Origin: Camelus ferus | Taxonomy: Eukaryota | Reading direction: 5' to 3' | DNA: 64,000 nucleotides | NCBI RefSeq assembly: GCF_009834535.1 | Contig: NC_045697.1 | Span: forward strand, 11,348,001 to 11,412,000 | Shown here: in pieces, positions 63,116 through 64,000 of the stretch | How positions within the stretch are numbered: the first letter of the stretch is position 1 | How the letters are laid out: the number at the start of each line of letters is the position of its first letter | Position numbers and translations under genes: made by a program | The notes under the pieces: model-generated | Told to the model about the DNA's origin: nothing | What the model saw: only the letters and a program-made list of their open reading frames with translations | Databases searched by the model: none

Positions 63116-64000
63116 CTCTTGAGCATGAACTGCAGGATAGCACCTGCACTGTGCGACATGGTGGCGATGCCAGCACCACGCTGTCTGTCGTCCAGACCTT
63201 TCTCTGCCACCGCCTCTCTACTGCAAGGGGGCAGAAAAGTGCAAAGTGAAATATATAACACAGGGCAAATAGCAGGGCTTAAAAGAAGCTCTTCTGAATG
63301 AACAATAAACAAACAAAGGAACTAGCAAGCAGCAAACTGGGCATCACAAAATCCAGAGGAAAGTAACTGCCTCCACTGGGGGAGCGTGGTCTTCAAACAC
63401 GAGCCAAGTGAAGGCAGAAAGCATTCTGCTTCCATGGGGTGTGACAGTTGGCTGTTAACCAGTGTCTCAGGAGATACGGGCTTCAACTGTCACTACTGTT
63501 AATTGTTTAATATGGCTTTCAGCTACCTGAGTTTGGCCCCCAAACTCCTACCATATTAATTTTGCTCTCCATTAACCATCTTCCAAATTCTCCTCCCATT
63601 TTTGAAGGCAGACCATTCTTTTTCATTTTCATCTGCTAATCCATGTACTCAGGGCTTCATCCCCAAAGGTTAATCAAAGGCTGTTCCTAAATAAATCAAG
63701 TCTCCCCTAAGACAAACCCTAACGCCAGCTCTTCATAGCCCTTGTGTCCACCCTGCTTCACAAGCATATTTATAACTGCTATTGTTTTGGTATAAGCGTA
63801 TTGGCTTTGCTACGTGAGGTATGGCTTCAGCTTTAACTCTCAGAAGAACGATAAAACCTTTACATCTTGAGGATCTGATTTGAATCACTCCCTCCTCTTC
63901 TGGAAATGCAGAGAAGCCTGGGTTATGGCTGAATCTAGAAGCCCATCCAGCATCAGGGGTGGTGACAGGGAAAGAGGAAGTGAGGTACAGTGGCAGTGCC

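Noticed and set aside
61926..63312. 152-aa and 177-aa ORFs
   Set aside because: They run through MER82-like and MIR sequence, with no recognisable domain or exon structure.
1..64000. CRISPR arrays, operons, rRNA, processed pseudogenes or a novel multi-gene system
   Set aside because: None seen; the other ORFs are short and repeat-derived or unrecognisable, as expected for mammalian intergenic DNA.

Overview
Mammalian genomic DNA, most likely camelid: it has four tRNA-derived Vic-1-like SINEs, artiodactyl-type L1 3' ends and no Alu, Bov or PRE-type SINEs. The only supported protein-coding sequence is the first coding exon of LDB2 (LIM domain-binding 2/CLIM1) on the minus strand (6450-6581, MSSTPHDPFY...LQSRTE, followed by a GTAAGT donor). 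Bases 1-6449 are the start of LDB2 intron 1, ~6582-7010 are the 5' leader and promoter, and the remaining ~57 kb is upstream intergenic DNA. That DNA is filled with decayed MIR, L2, L1, MaLR/ERVL/ERV1 LTRs, one ERV-L internal remnant and DNA transposon fragments. All repeat family names are recognised from memory of consensus sequences and were not checked by search; many boundaries are approximate. I found no convincing novel gene system. The best leads are two upstream AUGs in the LDB2 leader (one ORF overlaps the CDS), a possible internal promoter or alternative exon in intron 1, an inverted duplication inside an old L1, a near-consensus CTCF site, an orphan CpG cluster and a chain of AT-rich palindromes.
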